A DNA stretch of 64,000 nucleotides from an uncultured virus (IMG/VR IMGVR_UViG_3300012147_001294) (IMGVR_UViG_3300012147_001294), one strand, 5' to 3'; counted from the stretch's first letter, positions 17,749-27,722 are shown. A program made the numbers and translations. The notes: generated by a model not told the origin, from the sequence alone.

Positions 17749-20550
17749 TTATTTTATATTAATACTAGAGATATTATCTTTTTTAATTACAGTGATAATG
17801 TTTTTTGTCCAATCTTTGACCAAGTCGTTGTGAGTAATAAAAAATACAATATCATACATGTCTTTAATTTTATCAAATAACAATCTTAACTTTTCTAAAT
17901 TTACTGGGGCTATTTTACCTAATACTTCATCAAAGGTAATAAAGTTTGGCATTGGAAGGGAAGAAATTTTACCCAAAACAGCTCTAAGTGCAAGACTAGC
18001 TATCGTTTTTTCTAAACCAGACCCAGATTTCAATAAATTAGATACCTCATCTTTTACTATTAGAAACTGAACATCGTTTTTATCATTAATGAAAATCTCG
18101 ACCTCAAAATCTACGATATCCTCTAATAATCTTTGAACTTCAGAGTTAATAATAGGTAAAACAGAACGTAAGACTAATTTGCTAATACCTTTTTTACCAA
18201 CTAGTTCAATGTAAAATTTAAATATTTTTTCTACTTCCTCTTCTTTCTTAATTACTTCAATCAAATCGGTTTTAATGATTATTGACTCAGCAGCTGATTT
18301 TGTATCAATGGATATTCTTTGAATACTATTCATTGTATCATCTTTTGAGCGTTCCAGAACGATTAATTCGGTCTTGATGTAACTTATCTCGATATCTAAT
18401 TTTTTGTTTAAACTGATAGCGTCTAAATTCATGTTATACTTCTTAAAGTCATTCATTTTAGACACAACATCATTACGCAATGCTCCCAAATCAACACTAT
18501 ATCTATCTATTGTTAATTCTAATTTATTTTTATCATCAACACTTTTTTTAATATCATTAAACGCCAATAAAGATAAATTTGTGTTATAAACTTCTTTTTC
18601 TATTTTAGATAGTTTAGATATTAACAGATTTAGTTCTATTTCATGTTTGTTGATGTGTGCTGTGTTGTCAATGTCATCTAATTTTCTCTCACAAGTTTGA
18701 CAGATACCACTACTAATTAAATTACTAACAACTTTTCGAATGCGTGTAATATCGGAAGTAGTAAGTACTTTTTGAGTTATTAATTCATTATATTTTTTGT
18801 TTACTTCAATATGTTCGTCTTCATCGTAAATAATAGTACCAACATTCGTTAAGTTTTCTTTTAAGTTAGAGATGGTAAAATTTAGAAGTTTTCCCTTTTC
18901 TGTAATTATTTTAATGTCGGCTTCCAAAGATTCTGGATTCATATTAGTTATCGTAACATCAATCTTTTCTTTATTATTAATGTGACTTTCAACTTTTTTC
19001 ACACTATTTTCTATATTTAACTTTGTGTCAGTTAGTTTATTTGACAACTCAACATTTAATTTCTCTAATTCTATTAACTTTAGATTAGTGTCTTCAATGT
19101 CCGTGGTTAAAGTAACAACGTCAAAATCATTAGACTTTTTTTTCTTAGAAAAAAGATTGTACATTTCTCTAACAACTTTTTCTTTATGTTCTAATACTTC
19201 TAAACCAATAAGTCTAGTTAACAATTTACCAGATTCAGTAGTTGTAAGTCCTATAAGGTCCTCTAAATTTTTTTCTGTAGCTAAAACTAACATTTCAAAG
19301 TCTTTTTCAGAACCAATAGATTCCCTTATCTTTTTATTTGTCTGAATAGCATTTTCTTCGTTTAATTCTTCTTCTTCACCATCTGGTAGTAATTTATAAT
19401 ATTTAACTTTGTTAGTTATTGTCCAACCACCACCTTTTTTAGCATTACGTTTTAGTTTTCTTTCAATAATTACTTCATCGCTATCTATTTCAACCATACC
19501 CCTAACAGTAAATTCATTTTTACCACTGAACGAATTAAATATTTGCTCATTAGTATCTGTTTTAGTTGTATTACCGTGTAATAAAAACTTTATTGCATCT
19601 ATTGTCAAAGTTGTGTTATGTGAAACAATACCATTACTATAATACTGATGTACCTCAGCTACTTGAATGTCATAAAGGGTATCTTTAAAATCCATTAATT
19701 CTATCGATTTAACTTTACTTAACCCATCAATAGTTTGTATCGGTGTTCCAATTTCTATTTCTTTTAAAACAACAAAATCCCCATCTTCTTTTTTTAACCT
19801 ATGGTAATCAGCACCCTCTACATACTTTCCATCCTCAAGTTCACATCTATATACATCAGCATTTTCTTCTGTTATACCACACCAAGTAATATCTTTAAAA
19901 CCATAAGGTGTATCTACCTTAAACCCTAAATCTCCATATTTTTCATAAATAGCGTTTAATTCACCTATCGTTATTTCTTCGTTTAATTCATCTGGTAAAA
20001 AACCTAATTTTTTTATTATTTCATCTTTATCATATCTTATCGTTATGTCAGTATTTTCTCGCAAACACTTACCACCTTGATTTTCTGGAATTGAATTTAC
20101 AATAGTTAAACCATTTAGTTTGCTGAATTGAATAAAATTTTCATCACCAAAAGATAAAAAGTTATCAATCATTAACCATTTAATAGACCAACTTTTTTGA
20201 CTTGTAGAATTTAAATCTAAATTTAATTCACCATTAACTTTATCATCTAATGCTAATATGCGTTTAAAATCAATAGTTTTACCATCTCTAGTTACCAATT
20301 CTAACATTAGTGACCTTTGATAGTTGATGTCCATGATATTGTCAATACCAGCACCAGTTATTTCAATAACTTCACCATTTTCATTTATCTTAATAGGTCG
20401 ATAAATGATAGTTATGTTGTTTTTATTAACACCATATTTATTCGCAATTGAATTTCTTATTTTTATCTTAGCTTCTTTACTGTAATTGTGTGGTTGGTCA
20501 TCCCAGTACACTTTAATTTTAGAAGAAGGAGAAATTAAATTATTCACCAT
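17749..20550 (-). CDS. sbcC: SbcC/Rad50/gp46-like SMC ATPase with intein and N-terminal extension
   Basis: IDNFLSF, Walker A NQGGK/TT split by an intein, coiled coils, CQTC zinc hook, FITFDE Walker B, ITH. Confidence 0.9.
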   Translation of the reverse strand: MVNNLISPSSKIKVYWDDQPHNYSKEAKIKIRNSIANKYGVNKNNITIIYRPIKINENGEVIEITGAGIDNIMDINYQRSLMLELVTRDGKTIDFKRILALDDKVNGELNLDLNSTSQKSWSIKWLMIDNFLSFGDENFIQFSKLNGLTIVNSIPENQGGKCLRENTDITIRYDKDEIIKKLGFLPDELNEEITIGELNAIYEKYGDLGFKVDTPYGFKDITWCGITEENADVYRCELEDGKYVEGADYHRLKKEDGDFVVLKEIEIGTPIQTIDGLSKVKSIELMDFKDTLYDIQVAEVHQYYSNGIVSHNTTLTIDAIKFLLHGNTTKTDTNEQIFNSFSGKNEFTVRGMVEIDSDEVIIERKLKRNAKKGGGWTITNKVKYYKLLPDGEEEELNEENAIQTNKKIRESIGSEKDFEMLVLATEKNLEDLIGLTTTESGKLLTRLIGLEVLEHKEKVVREMYNLFSKKKKSNDFDVVTLTTDIEDTNLKLIELEKLNVELSNKLTDTKLNIENSVKKVESHINNKEKIDVTITNMNPESLEADIKIITEKGKLLNFTISNLKENLTNVGTIIYDEDEHIEVNKKYNELITQKVLTTSDITRIRKVVSNLISSGICQTCERKLDDIDNTAHINKHEIELNLLISKLSKIEKEVYNTNLSLLAFNDIKKSVDDKNKLELTIDRYSVDLGALRNDVVSKMNDFKKYNMNLDAISLNKKLDIEISYIKTELIVLERSKDDTMNSIQRISIDTKSAAESIIIKTDLIEVIKKEEEVEKIFKFYIELVGKKGISKLVLRSVLPIINSEVQRLLEDIVDFEVEIFINDKNDVQFLIVKDEVSNLLKSGSGLEKTIASLALRAVLGKISSLPMPNFITFDEVLGKIAPVNLEKLRLLFDKIKDMYDIVFFITHNDLVKDWTKNIITVIKKDNISSINIK
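19615..20067 (-). mobile_element. contiguous mini-intein (151 aa) in SbcC Walker A
   Basis: CLRENT... to ...YDIQV...GIVSHN followed by Thr; no endonuclease domain. Confidence 0.9.
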
Positions 20551-20881
20551 ATATATCTTTTTTATTTTTTTCTTTTACTAATTCAATTTTAACATTTTCT
20601 AATTTTTCAAGTGTTTCTTTTAATTCTTTTTCTAAGGAATTAATTGTCTTATTTAACGTTTTATTTTCTTTGTCGTTAGGTTTAACTATTTCTTCTTTAA
20701 CTTCTATTTTTTTATCTAAGTTATTATCTTTAAACATTGGTACGGAACCAAATTTTTCAGCAGTGAAACCTTGTTGTAAAATTTTGTTAATAAAAGCTTC
20801 TATATTTGTTATATTATTTGCTCGACAAAACTCCCAAATATCAGCGTTTAATTTTTCTGGAATCGTTATATTATTAATCAT
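20540..20881 (-). CDS. hypothetical protein
   Basis: 113 aa with C-terminal coiled coil. Confidence 0.6.
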   Translation of the reverse strand: MINNITIPEKLNADIWEFCRANNITNIEAFINKILQQGFTAEKFGSVPMFKDNNLDKKIEVKEEIVKPNDKENKTLNKTINSLEKELKETLEKLENVKIELVKEKNKKDIYGE

Positions 20882-21098
20882 TTATATCAAATAAAATATC
20901 TTTAACATCTTTTTCTGTTTGGTGAAGTAATTGTATTTCCGAATTATTTATATCAACGTATACCGTCATAACTTCATGGTTTTTCATTACAAAGGTGTTA
21001 CCATCTTTATCCATACCAAATTCACCGTTAACCACAAGTAACTCATCGTATTCGTCACTTAACGTGTTTAAATATTGTTTAAATTCTATTAGTTTCAT
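20874..21098 (-). CDS. hypothetical protein
   Basis: 74-aa ORF, translationally coupled. Confidence 0.6.
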   Translation of the reverse strand: MKLIEFKQYLNTLSDEYDELLVVNGEFGMDKDGNTFVMKNHEVMTVYVDINNSEIQLLHQTEKDVKDILFDIND

Positions 21099-21328
21099 TA
21101 TAAGTTTGTTATTTTTTCTAATCCGTTTTCTATGTCATCAGAAGACGTGATTTTAAATTGATAATAAGGTGAATTGTTTGCGACTTCATGTTCTGTAAAT
21201 GTTTTTGTTTGTACATCCCATAACAAAAAACCATGATTGGAAATTTTTTCACCAAAATTTTGCTGAATTAAAGAACCACTATAACATATTGGGATTATTT
21301 TCTTAATTTTTATTTTTTTCTTTTCCAT
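21098..21328 (-). CDS. sbcD: SbcD/Mre11 nuclease, second fragment
   Basis: YSGSLIQQNFGE..HGFLLWD motif that normally follows GDIH; own ATG 4 nt after the upstream stop. Confidence 0.8.
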   Translation of the reverse strand: MEKKKIKIKKIIPICYSGSLIQQNFGEKISNHGFLLWDVQTKTFTEHEVANNSPYYQFKITSSDDIENGLEKITNL

Positions 21329-21332
21329 ATTT

Positions 21333-22028
21333 TTAATCGTTATCAATTTCCCAACCCATTTCCATATATTTACTTAAATCATCTTCATAAATTTCTAATG
21401 TTTCTTGATGTAAAAATAAATTTCTTTTATGTATATCACCTAACATCACCAAATCACATCCTTCAAAGATAGATAAACTGGCCCCATGATTTATTTCATA
21501 ACCTATATCCGTTTTAGCATTCATTACTGCTGCATGGTACAAACCAATATATGTTTTATCATCACCAAATTCCAATCTAGCAGCCTCAATGTTTGGTCTA
21601 GTATTACCCTCAAAAATAGAGTAAACACACCAAACGATATTGTTATCTAAATAAGCTTTTGTTTCTTTAAAAAAACTTATTTCTTTATCTGGCAAAAATT
21701 GAACCATTGGCGAGATGCTATCCATTCTATCTTTATTGTTCTCTAATAAATCATGGTTTCCAGCAATAATAATTAATGGGGCTATTTTTTCTAATTCTCT
21801 TAAGAACCAAGTACCTATCATTAACTGTTCGTTGGAAATGACAATCTTCTGGTGAACAAGGTCTCCAGCAATTACAATTCTAATTTCTTCTCTAACATAG
21901 CTATTTAGTAGTTGGTTTAAGTCAACTAAAAGTGTTTGAAACACTTCTTTATATTCATCATGCATTCTATATGTTCTAAGATGAATATCTGCTAAATGAA
22001 TTACTTTTTTTATCTTATTATTTTCCAT
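21333..22028 (-). CDS. sbcD: SbcD/Mre11/gp47-like metallophosphoesterase, N-terminal fragment
   Basis: HLADIH, AGDLVH, AGNHD, LYH, LGDIHKR motifs. Confidence 0.88.
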   Translation of the reverse strand: MENNKIKKVIHLADIHLRTYRMHDEYKEVFQTLLVDLNQLLNSYVREEIRIVIAGDLVHQKIVISNEQLMIGTWFLRELEKIAPLIIIAGNHDLLENNKDRMDSISPMVQFLPDKEISFFKETKAYLDNNIVWCVYSIFEGNTRPNIEAARLEFGDDKTYIGLYHAAVMNAKTDIGYEINHGASLSIFEGCDLVMLGDIHKRNLFLHQETLEIYEDDLSKYMEMGWEIDND

Positions 22029-22043
22029 GTGGTTTATTTATTA

Positions 22044-22051
22044 CAAAAGTA
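22044..22051 (-). promoter_or_regulatory. Bacteroidota-type -7 element (TACTTTTG)
   Basis: TAnnTTTG 15 nt upstream of the sbcD ATG. Confidence 0.65.
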
Positions 22052-22063
22052 CAAATATTATAA

Positions 22064-23458
22064 TTAAATAACAAATAATTTATCTTTTGCTCTGGTTACA
22101 GCAGTATATAATAATTTATCTTTTTCTAACTTGTTTTTCAACCTTTTAATGTCGCATTCAATTACGATTGCGTTATCAAAAGTACTACCTTGTGATTTAT
22201 GTACTGTCAACGCATAGTTGTATTTAACATCAGCATATCGTTCTTTTAAGGCGTAAAACTTAGTCCAAGCATTTCTTTTAAGCATAGGGTGAGCCTCTAC
22301 AGCAGTTTTTTCTAACGACTTTAATTCTTTATCATAACTAATTTCTGATTCTTCTGCTAGGATTTTAATTATGATAGGTTCTTTTTTATCGCATTTAGCT
22401 TTGACTTCATAATAATAAAAAGTAAACGCTCTGTTTTCTTTTTTCTTGATGAAAGATAATACTTCAAATTCATCATTATTATTCATTAAAACTCTTTTTG
22501 TTGTGTTTACAATTGGTTTATTACAGACCATCTTTTCACCAACACATAACCTACCAATGTCTTCACCGTAAATCATTTCTCTTATTTTGTCATTATAATA
22601 ATTTACGGCATTATTTGTCCAAGCTAAAACTTTGACAAAATTTGCATCTTTATTAAAATTTTTAGAAGTGAAATAAGTCTTTAATAGTTTGTCTTCTGTA
22701 TTTATTTTCATAAAAACAACCCCTTGATTATTTTCATTTATGTTTAATTCTCTATTAAAAGTTTGGTTAGTTCTGATTAATTGAGCTAATTCAATTATTG
22801 GGTTATCATTAGCTTGTCTTATTATTTTAGTTAGATTATAATTATTATTCAACTTATGACTAAATAAAACTGATTCACCACCATTTACTGGCGGTATTTG
22901 ACCCCTATCACCGATAAATAAGACTACGATGGCATTCATTTTAGTTTCAGTTTTTAAAATGGTGTACAACTCATTATCCAACATGGAGACTTCATCCACT
23001 AAAACAATATTATAAGATTCCACACCACTTTCACCGTAAGTAGGACTAAAAATTTCTTTACCATCTTGAGTAATGACACGTTTTAGACCTAACAAAGAAT
23101 GTAGTGTTATAAAATCCACATTTTCACTATCTTCGCTTATTTGAGATAACTCTTTCAATACACGAACAGCTTTGTTCGTTGGAGCTGTAATAGCTATCTT
23201 TAATTTTTTGTTTTTCCATAACATTTGTTCTATTATTTTAGAAACTAAAAAGCTCTTACCAGTACCAGAGTAACCAGTTAATAAAGATTGTGAAAAAACA
23301 CCTAAAGGTAGTTCTGTTATCTCATTGAAAATAAGTAGCTGTTCTTCAGTTAACGTATCTATGTTAGGTTTTGTTATAATTTTCTTTTTCACAATATCTT
23401 CTTTTGTGACAAGTTCTGGTAATTTATAAAAGTTTTCTTCTAATGATATTTCGTTCAT
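22064..23458 (-). CDS. dda: Dda/RecD-like SF1B helicase
   Basis: GYSGTGKS, APTNKA, VDEVSM, GDRGQIPPV, IIRQ, TVHKSQGSTF, YTAVTRA. Confidence 0.92.
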   Translation of the reverse strand: MNEISLEENFYKLPELVTKEDIVKKKIITKPNIDTLTEEQLLIFNEITELPLGVFSQSLLTGYSGTGKSFLVSKIIEQMLWKNKKLKIAITAPTNKAVRVLKELSQISEDSENVDFITLHSLLGLKRVITQDGKEIFSPTYGESGVESYNIVLVDEVSMLDNELYTILKTETKMNAIVVLFIGDRGQIPPVNGGESVLFSHKLNNNYNLTKIIRQANDNPIIELAQLIRTNQTFNRELNINENNQGVVFMKINTEDKLLKTYFTSKNFNKDANFVKVLAWTNNAVNYYNDKIREMIYGEDIGRLCVGEKMVCNKPIVNTTKRVLMNNNDEFEVLSFIKKKENRAFTFYYYEVKAKCDKKEPIIIKILAEESEISYDKELKSLEKTAVEAHPMLKRNAWTKFYALKERYADVKYNYALTVHKSQGSTFDNAIVIECDIKRLKNKLEKDKLLYTAVTRAKDKLFVI

Positions 23459-23461
23459 ATG

Positions 23462-24241
23462 TTATCTGTTTTTAATAAGGTTATAGTGATGTAATTCAAT
23501 TAATTGTTTTGCTTCTTTTTTCAAATACATAATAGGGATACGACTAAATTTTGAGGTTTCTTTTGTCCAATACCCAATTGTTATATCCCTACATTTTTTA
23601 CCCGTTTCAAGCTCATACATGTAAGCATAAACACTTAATTGCAATGTGTATATACTGTAGTGGCAAGCTTGCAAATGGTTGAAAGGTTTAAATAGTGTTT
23701 GATTTCCAAATTCGTTAAAAAAGTTAAATACTCTATTTGTTTTCCAGTCCCAAACTGAGAAAAATTCTTCATCTAAATCTATTATTAAATCGGCCATACC
23801 CGCTAGTTCATGTTCTTCGCTAAACATAATTCTTTCTGGCCACATGGCTATACCTTCATCAATATTTAATTCACCTAAACTTTCAATTACTTTTTGTTCA
23901 AATAAACCATTTTCAGTATCATCTGGGAAATACCATTTATTAGCTAGTAAGTATCTTTCAACAACATCATGTACTTTCGTCCCATAGACGTTTGCATCAT
24001 CATTTAATTTTTGCCAATATTCTAAAATTTGTGGTTGACTTAAACCGATATAACGTTCTTGCTTAGATGAATTCGATTGTTTTGCGATAGCCGAGGCTAC
24101 TGATTCAGAATCAAAGTGTGGTTCGATAGATGATAGAGTGGTAGTAACTGATTTATATATTTTACCAGTAACTCTATGGTGGTACTTGTGTTCAATTGGT
24201 TCTAAATAACATGGACCTACCCATAATTTTGCTTTACTCAT
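23462..24241 (-). CDS. PD-(D/E)XK exonuclease
   Basis: SVTT, GTKVH, AGMADL, WDWKT, QLSVY. Confidence 0.85.
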   Translation of the reverse strand: MSKAKLWVGPCYLEPIEHKYHHRVTGKIYKSVTTTLSSIEPHFDSESVASAIAKQSNSSKQERYIGLSQPQILEYWQKLNDDANVYGTKVHDVVERYLLANKWYFPDDTENGLFEQKVIESLGELNIDEGIAMWPERIMFSEEHELAGMADLIIDLDEEFFSVWDWKTNRVFNFFNEFGNQTLFKPFNHLQACHYSIYTLQLSVYAYMYELETGKKCRDITIGYWTKETSKFSRIPIMYLKKEAKQLIELHHYNLIKNR

Positions 24242-24255
24242 TTTATCTTTTTTTA

Positions 24256-24263
24256 CAAAAGTA
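24256..24263 (-). promoter_or_regulatory. Bacteroidota-type -7 element (TACTTTTG)
   Basis: TAnnTTTG upstream of the ATG at 24241. Confidence 0.65.
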
Positions 24264-24327
24264 CTATTTTTTAATCGCTATTAAAGCTTTATTTTTGAAA
24301 TAGACTATTTATTATCAAAATAAACTT

Positions 24328-24834
24328 ATGAAAGAAGAGATAAAAAAATTGCTAAAAGAATTAGTTGCAACAAATGACAGAAAAGATGAATACGCTTATT
24401 GGGTTAACAATAAAGTAATTACCGAAAATAATCGAATAGATGTATCACATTCAGAAGAACTGGATGAAGATTTGCAAGAAGTTTTAGGTGGTATAAACAT
24501 ATATGAAAGTATGTGTTTCCATAATGCGTTATCAATTTTAAAAACACTTATCGTAAAAGCACCAGAACTTAAGGTAGAAGTCGTTCTTGGGATGATTGGA
24601 ATAGGAAAAACGTATTGTGGTCATGCTTGGAATACTATCAACGGAGTTAATTTTGACTTGACTGCTGAATATTTAGCTGCCGATGATTTTAAATATTATC
24701 CAGCTGCATATTTTAACCAACCAGCTTCATTTAGTAGACAAGGAGTTTTTACACCAACTGGAAATTGTGAGAACGAAACTTTTGACGTTAATGGAGATTG
24801 TAGTGTGTATGTTTATTTTATCGACAATCTTTAA
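24328..24834 (+). CDS. putative Cys-His (transglutaminase/papain-like) protein
   Basis: CFHNA ... HAWN ... FDLT; TATTTAT motif upstream. Confidence 0.5.
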   Translation: MKEEIKKLLKELVATNDRKDEYAYWVNNKVITENNRIDVSHSEELDEDLQEVLGGINIYESMCFHNALSILKTLIVKAPELKVEVVLGMIGIGKTYCGHAWNTINGVNFDLTAEYLAADDFKYYPAAYFNQPASFSRQGVFTPTGNCENETFDVNGDCSVYVYFIDNL

Positions 24835-25784
24835 TAATCTCCTTCATTTAATTTTTTACTGGTACGTAATAAATTAATAATACCTTTACTACCTTCTTTT
24901 TCATATATAAGGCTAGGGTCATATTCTTTTGGTGTTTCTATTATACGAATTCTATGTCTTAAATTCCCAAAATTTAATTTCCAATATAATAATTTAGCGT
25001 CTAGATATGCATCACCATCTAGACAAATAACTATTAAACCATTTGACTTATCATGTAAGAAAGATAATAGGTTTACTGATAGAACTTTACCTAAAAGAGG
25101 TATTGAATTTGGTATAATTATATGTTCCATAACACCCTCTACAATGTAGATTGTTGCATCTAGATTTAATAACCCTTCGTTAAAAATATTTTCTTGTTTT
25201 TCCGCATCTGGGTTTAGGTATTTTAGGTTTGTTTTTTGTTTGTCAAACCATCTAGCAATAAAATAATTTAATACCCCATCAGAATCGTATGACGGAATTA
25301 TTATTCTATTAAAAAAATCACCCTTATAAGTATAACCAATGTCAAATTCATCGATTATTTCATCAGTAATCCCTCTTTTTTTTAAATAACTTAAAGCTAT
25401 GTCTGATTTAAAATCTTCTTTAGTGCAATCAGTTAATCTTTTATAACCAATCGGTAATTTTAATATGGGTCTTTCTCTATAAACACCAACAAAGCTATCA
25501 GCATCTGGTTTAACAAGTAGATAGTCACGTATATTTTTAGGTGTAGCATATTTTTTTAATAGCTTCATTATTGAACCCTTCATGTTGTTTGTGTCACCAC
25601 ATACCCAACATTTAAAGACGTTACGATGATAATTGATTTCTAAGTTTCCCTTACCATCACCTTCGACCATACCTTTTTCATGAGAACATGCTGGACAATC
25701 AAATTGAATTTGTCCAGTTTCTTCGTTTAATTTTCTATTATCCCCTAGAAAACTCTCTAATACATTTACTATAAAAAAATCCAT
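24831..25784 (-). CDS. dnaG: DNA primase (zinc finger + Toprim)
   Basis: CPAC/CWVC, RIIIP, KYLNP, IVEG, LDGD. Confidence 0.88.
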   Translation of the reverse strand: MDFFIVNVLESFLGDNRKLNEETGQIQFDCPACSHEKGMVEGDGKGNLEINYHRNVFKCWVCGDTNNMKGSIMKLLKKYATPKNIRDYLLVKPDADSFVGVYRERPILKLPIGYKRLTDCTKEDFKSDIALSYLKKRGITDEIIDEFDIGYTYKGDFFNRIIIPSYDSDGVLNYFIARWFDKQKTNLKYLNPDAEKQENIFNEGLLNLDATIYIVEGVMEHIIIPNSIPLLGKVLSVNLLSFLHDKSNGLIVICLDGDAYLDAKLLYWKLNFGNLRHRIRIIETPKEYDPSLIYEKEGSKGIINLLRTSKKLNEGDY

Positions 25785-25788
25785 ACCG

Positions 25789-25796
25789 CAAAGGTA
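25789..25796 (-). promoter_or_regulatory. -7 element (TACCTTTG) 4 nt from the primase ATG
   Basis: AGTACCTTTG-CGGT-ATG on the coding strand. Confidence 0.6.
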
Positions 25797-25802
25797 CTGA
25801 TT

Positions 25803-26456
25803 TTAATTGATTAAATTTAATTTTCTCATGTTAAAAAAAGCCAACCCAACAGCATAACTATCTGTCATGTCAAAGTTTTCTTTCTTAAGTTTATTGTATT
25901 TATCATAAAACCACATTATTTGTGGTTCTAAATCACACACTTTTTCGAAAATAACATATTTTTTATCTACATTAAATGGGTAACCACCAAATAACACAGG
26001 GGTGTTTTTAGCTATTTGTTTTTCAGTTAGAGGTGTTCCATCCTTTTTAGCGATTCTAACCCCCATAAGTTCTGGAAATGCGTATTTACGTGCATCGTAA
26101 GAAGAAATGAAATCTGGTACTACCCCTAAAACATCATAAATTGATTTTGAGATGATTCCATTAAATTTTAATAAGGTAGCAACCGTATAAATATTATTTG
26201 ATTGTAATAAAGGTTCTTCGATTATTACTCTAGTTATACCGAAATCTTTATAATTTAATAAAAATTCTTTTTCAAATAATTCAACTTTTAAAAATAACTC
26301 TTCTAGTTTTGTTTTTGGTTTCGGTTTTACTTTAGGTGATACATGGTGTAATAGTTTAATTACCCCTTTACTACCTAAGTCTTCAAAAATAGAAATACCT
26401 ATTGTTGTTGATGATACATCTAATGCTAGGATATACTCTTTTTTATTTGGTTCCAT
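25803..26456 (-). CDS. RuvC-like Holliday junction resolvase
   Basis: ILALDVSSTTIG, VIIEEP, DMTDSYAVG. Confidence 0.8.
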   Translation of the reverse strand: MEPNKKEYILALDVSSTTIGISIFEDLGSKGVIKLLHHVSPKVKPKPKTKLEELFLKVELFEKEFLLNYKDFGITRVIIEEPLLQSNNIYTVATLLKFNGIISKSIYDVLGVVPDFISSYDARKYAFPELMGVRIAKKDGTPLTEKQIAKNTPVLFGGYPFNVDKKYVIFEKVCDLEPQIMWFYDKYNKLKKENFDMTDSYAVGLAFFNMRKLNLIN

Positions 26457-26507
26457 TTGTGTTGTAAATTTTTATTAATGTTAACATTTTATTTTAAAAA
26501 ATAAAGA

Positions 26508-27701
26508 TTAAACTACAATTTTAACACCAATCGCTAAAAATTCGTTTATGTTTTTAATAACATGTCTGTCGGGTTTAGCAATCGCAATTAAGTTATCTAA
26601 CTCATCATATAACCCAACCTCACTAATTCTAGGTGTGTCACCTAAATTGAATGTTCTATTGTTTGATAATCCAAATTCACCTCTATCTGCAATACATATA
26701 ATGTTTTGGTTAATATTAGTTGATACACTATTAAATTCAATTGTGGTTCCATTTGCGGTTGAAATATCAAAATGGTTAACAATTACTTGGTTGGTAATAA
26801 CAACGAAGCCTTTATCTAAGTAAACTACACCCACCGATTCATCCACAACAACACCCAAATTTGGTAATGATTGGAAATTATAACTTTTTTTATTATTTTG
26901 TGAGAACGGTTTCGTATTACCATATCCAGTCGCCCAACTCATATCAGCATTGCCACTAGGTTTTTTTATTGCATCACAAAATAACATTGCTACGTTATCT
27001 CCTTGATTTTTAGTTTGTGGTGATGTATCAGCGATTAACGCATCCATCTTGTTTGGTGTGTTTACCCCAGATTGGAAAGTAGAATAAATCGTATATGTTC
27101 CAGCTGATGTTGGTATATCTATCTTCACAGTTTTACCATCAATACATTCACCATATTCTGAGTTATTAATTCCAATAACTAAAATTTTAGAAACACCTAA
27201 ACCACTCAAAGCGGTGTCACCAAAACCACCTTGTCTATTTAATCTTGTTGTATAGTTAAAATCTTCTGTAGCATTCAAAGGTAAACCGAAAGTATAGTAT
27301 AAATTAACAAGACTATCTGTCGTAGAAGACCTATCGATTACGTCTTGTCTTAATAGTCCAGAACCAATAATATTTACACCATTTGAAACCACTTCCGATG
27401 AAACGTCAATACTATTATTTGAAATTGGTTTCATAGAAATACCATTAGAGTTTAAGATTAACTTTGATTTAATGTTAATAGTTTGTGTTGTACTATTACT
27501 TATTGTTGAGTTTGTCCCTATGTTTCCAGCGGAACTAGGTATATCACCACTAGTAAGTACTTCTGGTATGTTGTAATTTGCGTCAGAATCACCCAAGACG
27601 AATGAATTTATTTTTCCCGTACCAGACATCATTCTACTTCTACCTAAAGGTGTTAGTTTAGCTGTTAAGGTAATATTTGGTGTTAAGCTATTGTATCCCA
27701 T
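26508..27701 (-). CDS. tail/baseplate structural protein (tail-collar-fibre-like termini)
   Basis: KLTPLGR N-terminus and ISEVGLYD...LIAIAK C-terminus; paralogous to the adjacent gene. Confidence 0.65.
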   Translation of the reverse strand: MGYNSLTPNITLTAKLTPLGRSRMMSGTGKINSFVLGDSDANYNIPEVLTSGDIPSSAGNIGTNSTISNSTTQTINIKSKLILNSNGISMKPISNNSIDVSSEVVSNGVNIIGSGLLRQDVIDRSSTTDSLVNLYYTFGLPLNATEDFNYTTRLNRQGGFGDTALSGLGVSKILVIGINNSEYGECIDGKTVKIDIPTSAGTYTIYSTFQSGVNTPNKMDALIADTSPQTKNQGDNVAMLFCDAIKKPSGNADMSWATGYGNTKPFSQNNKKSYNFQSLPNLGVVVDESVGVVYLDKGFVVITNQVIVNHFDISTANGTTIEFNSVSTNINQNIICIADRGEFGLSNNRTFNLGDTPRISEVGLYDELDNLIAIAKPDRHVIKNINEFLAIGVKIVV

Positions 27702-27722
27702 ATTAAAAATCTATTATTATTA

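Noticed and set aside
23462..24241. Cas4 / CRISPR adaptation gene
   Set aside because: No four-cysteine Fe-S cluster pattern and no array; the context fits an ordinary phage exonuclease
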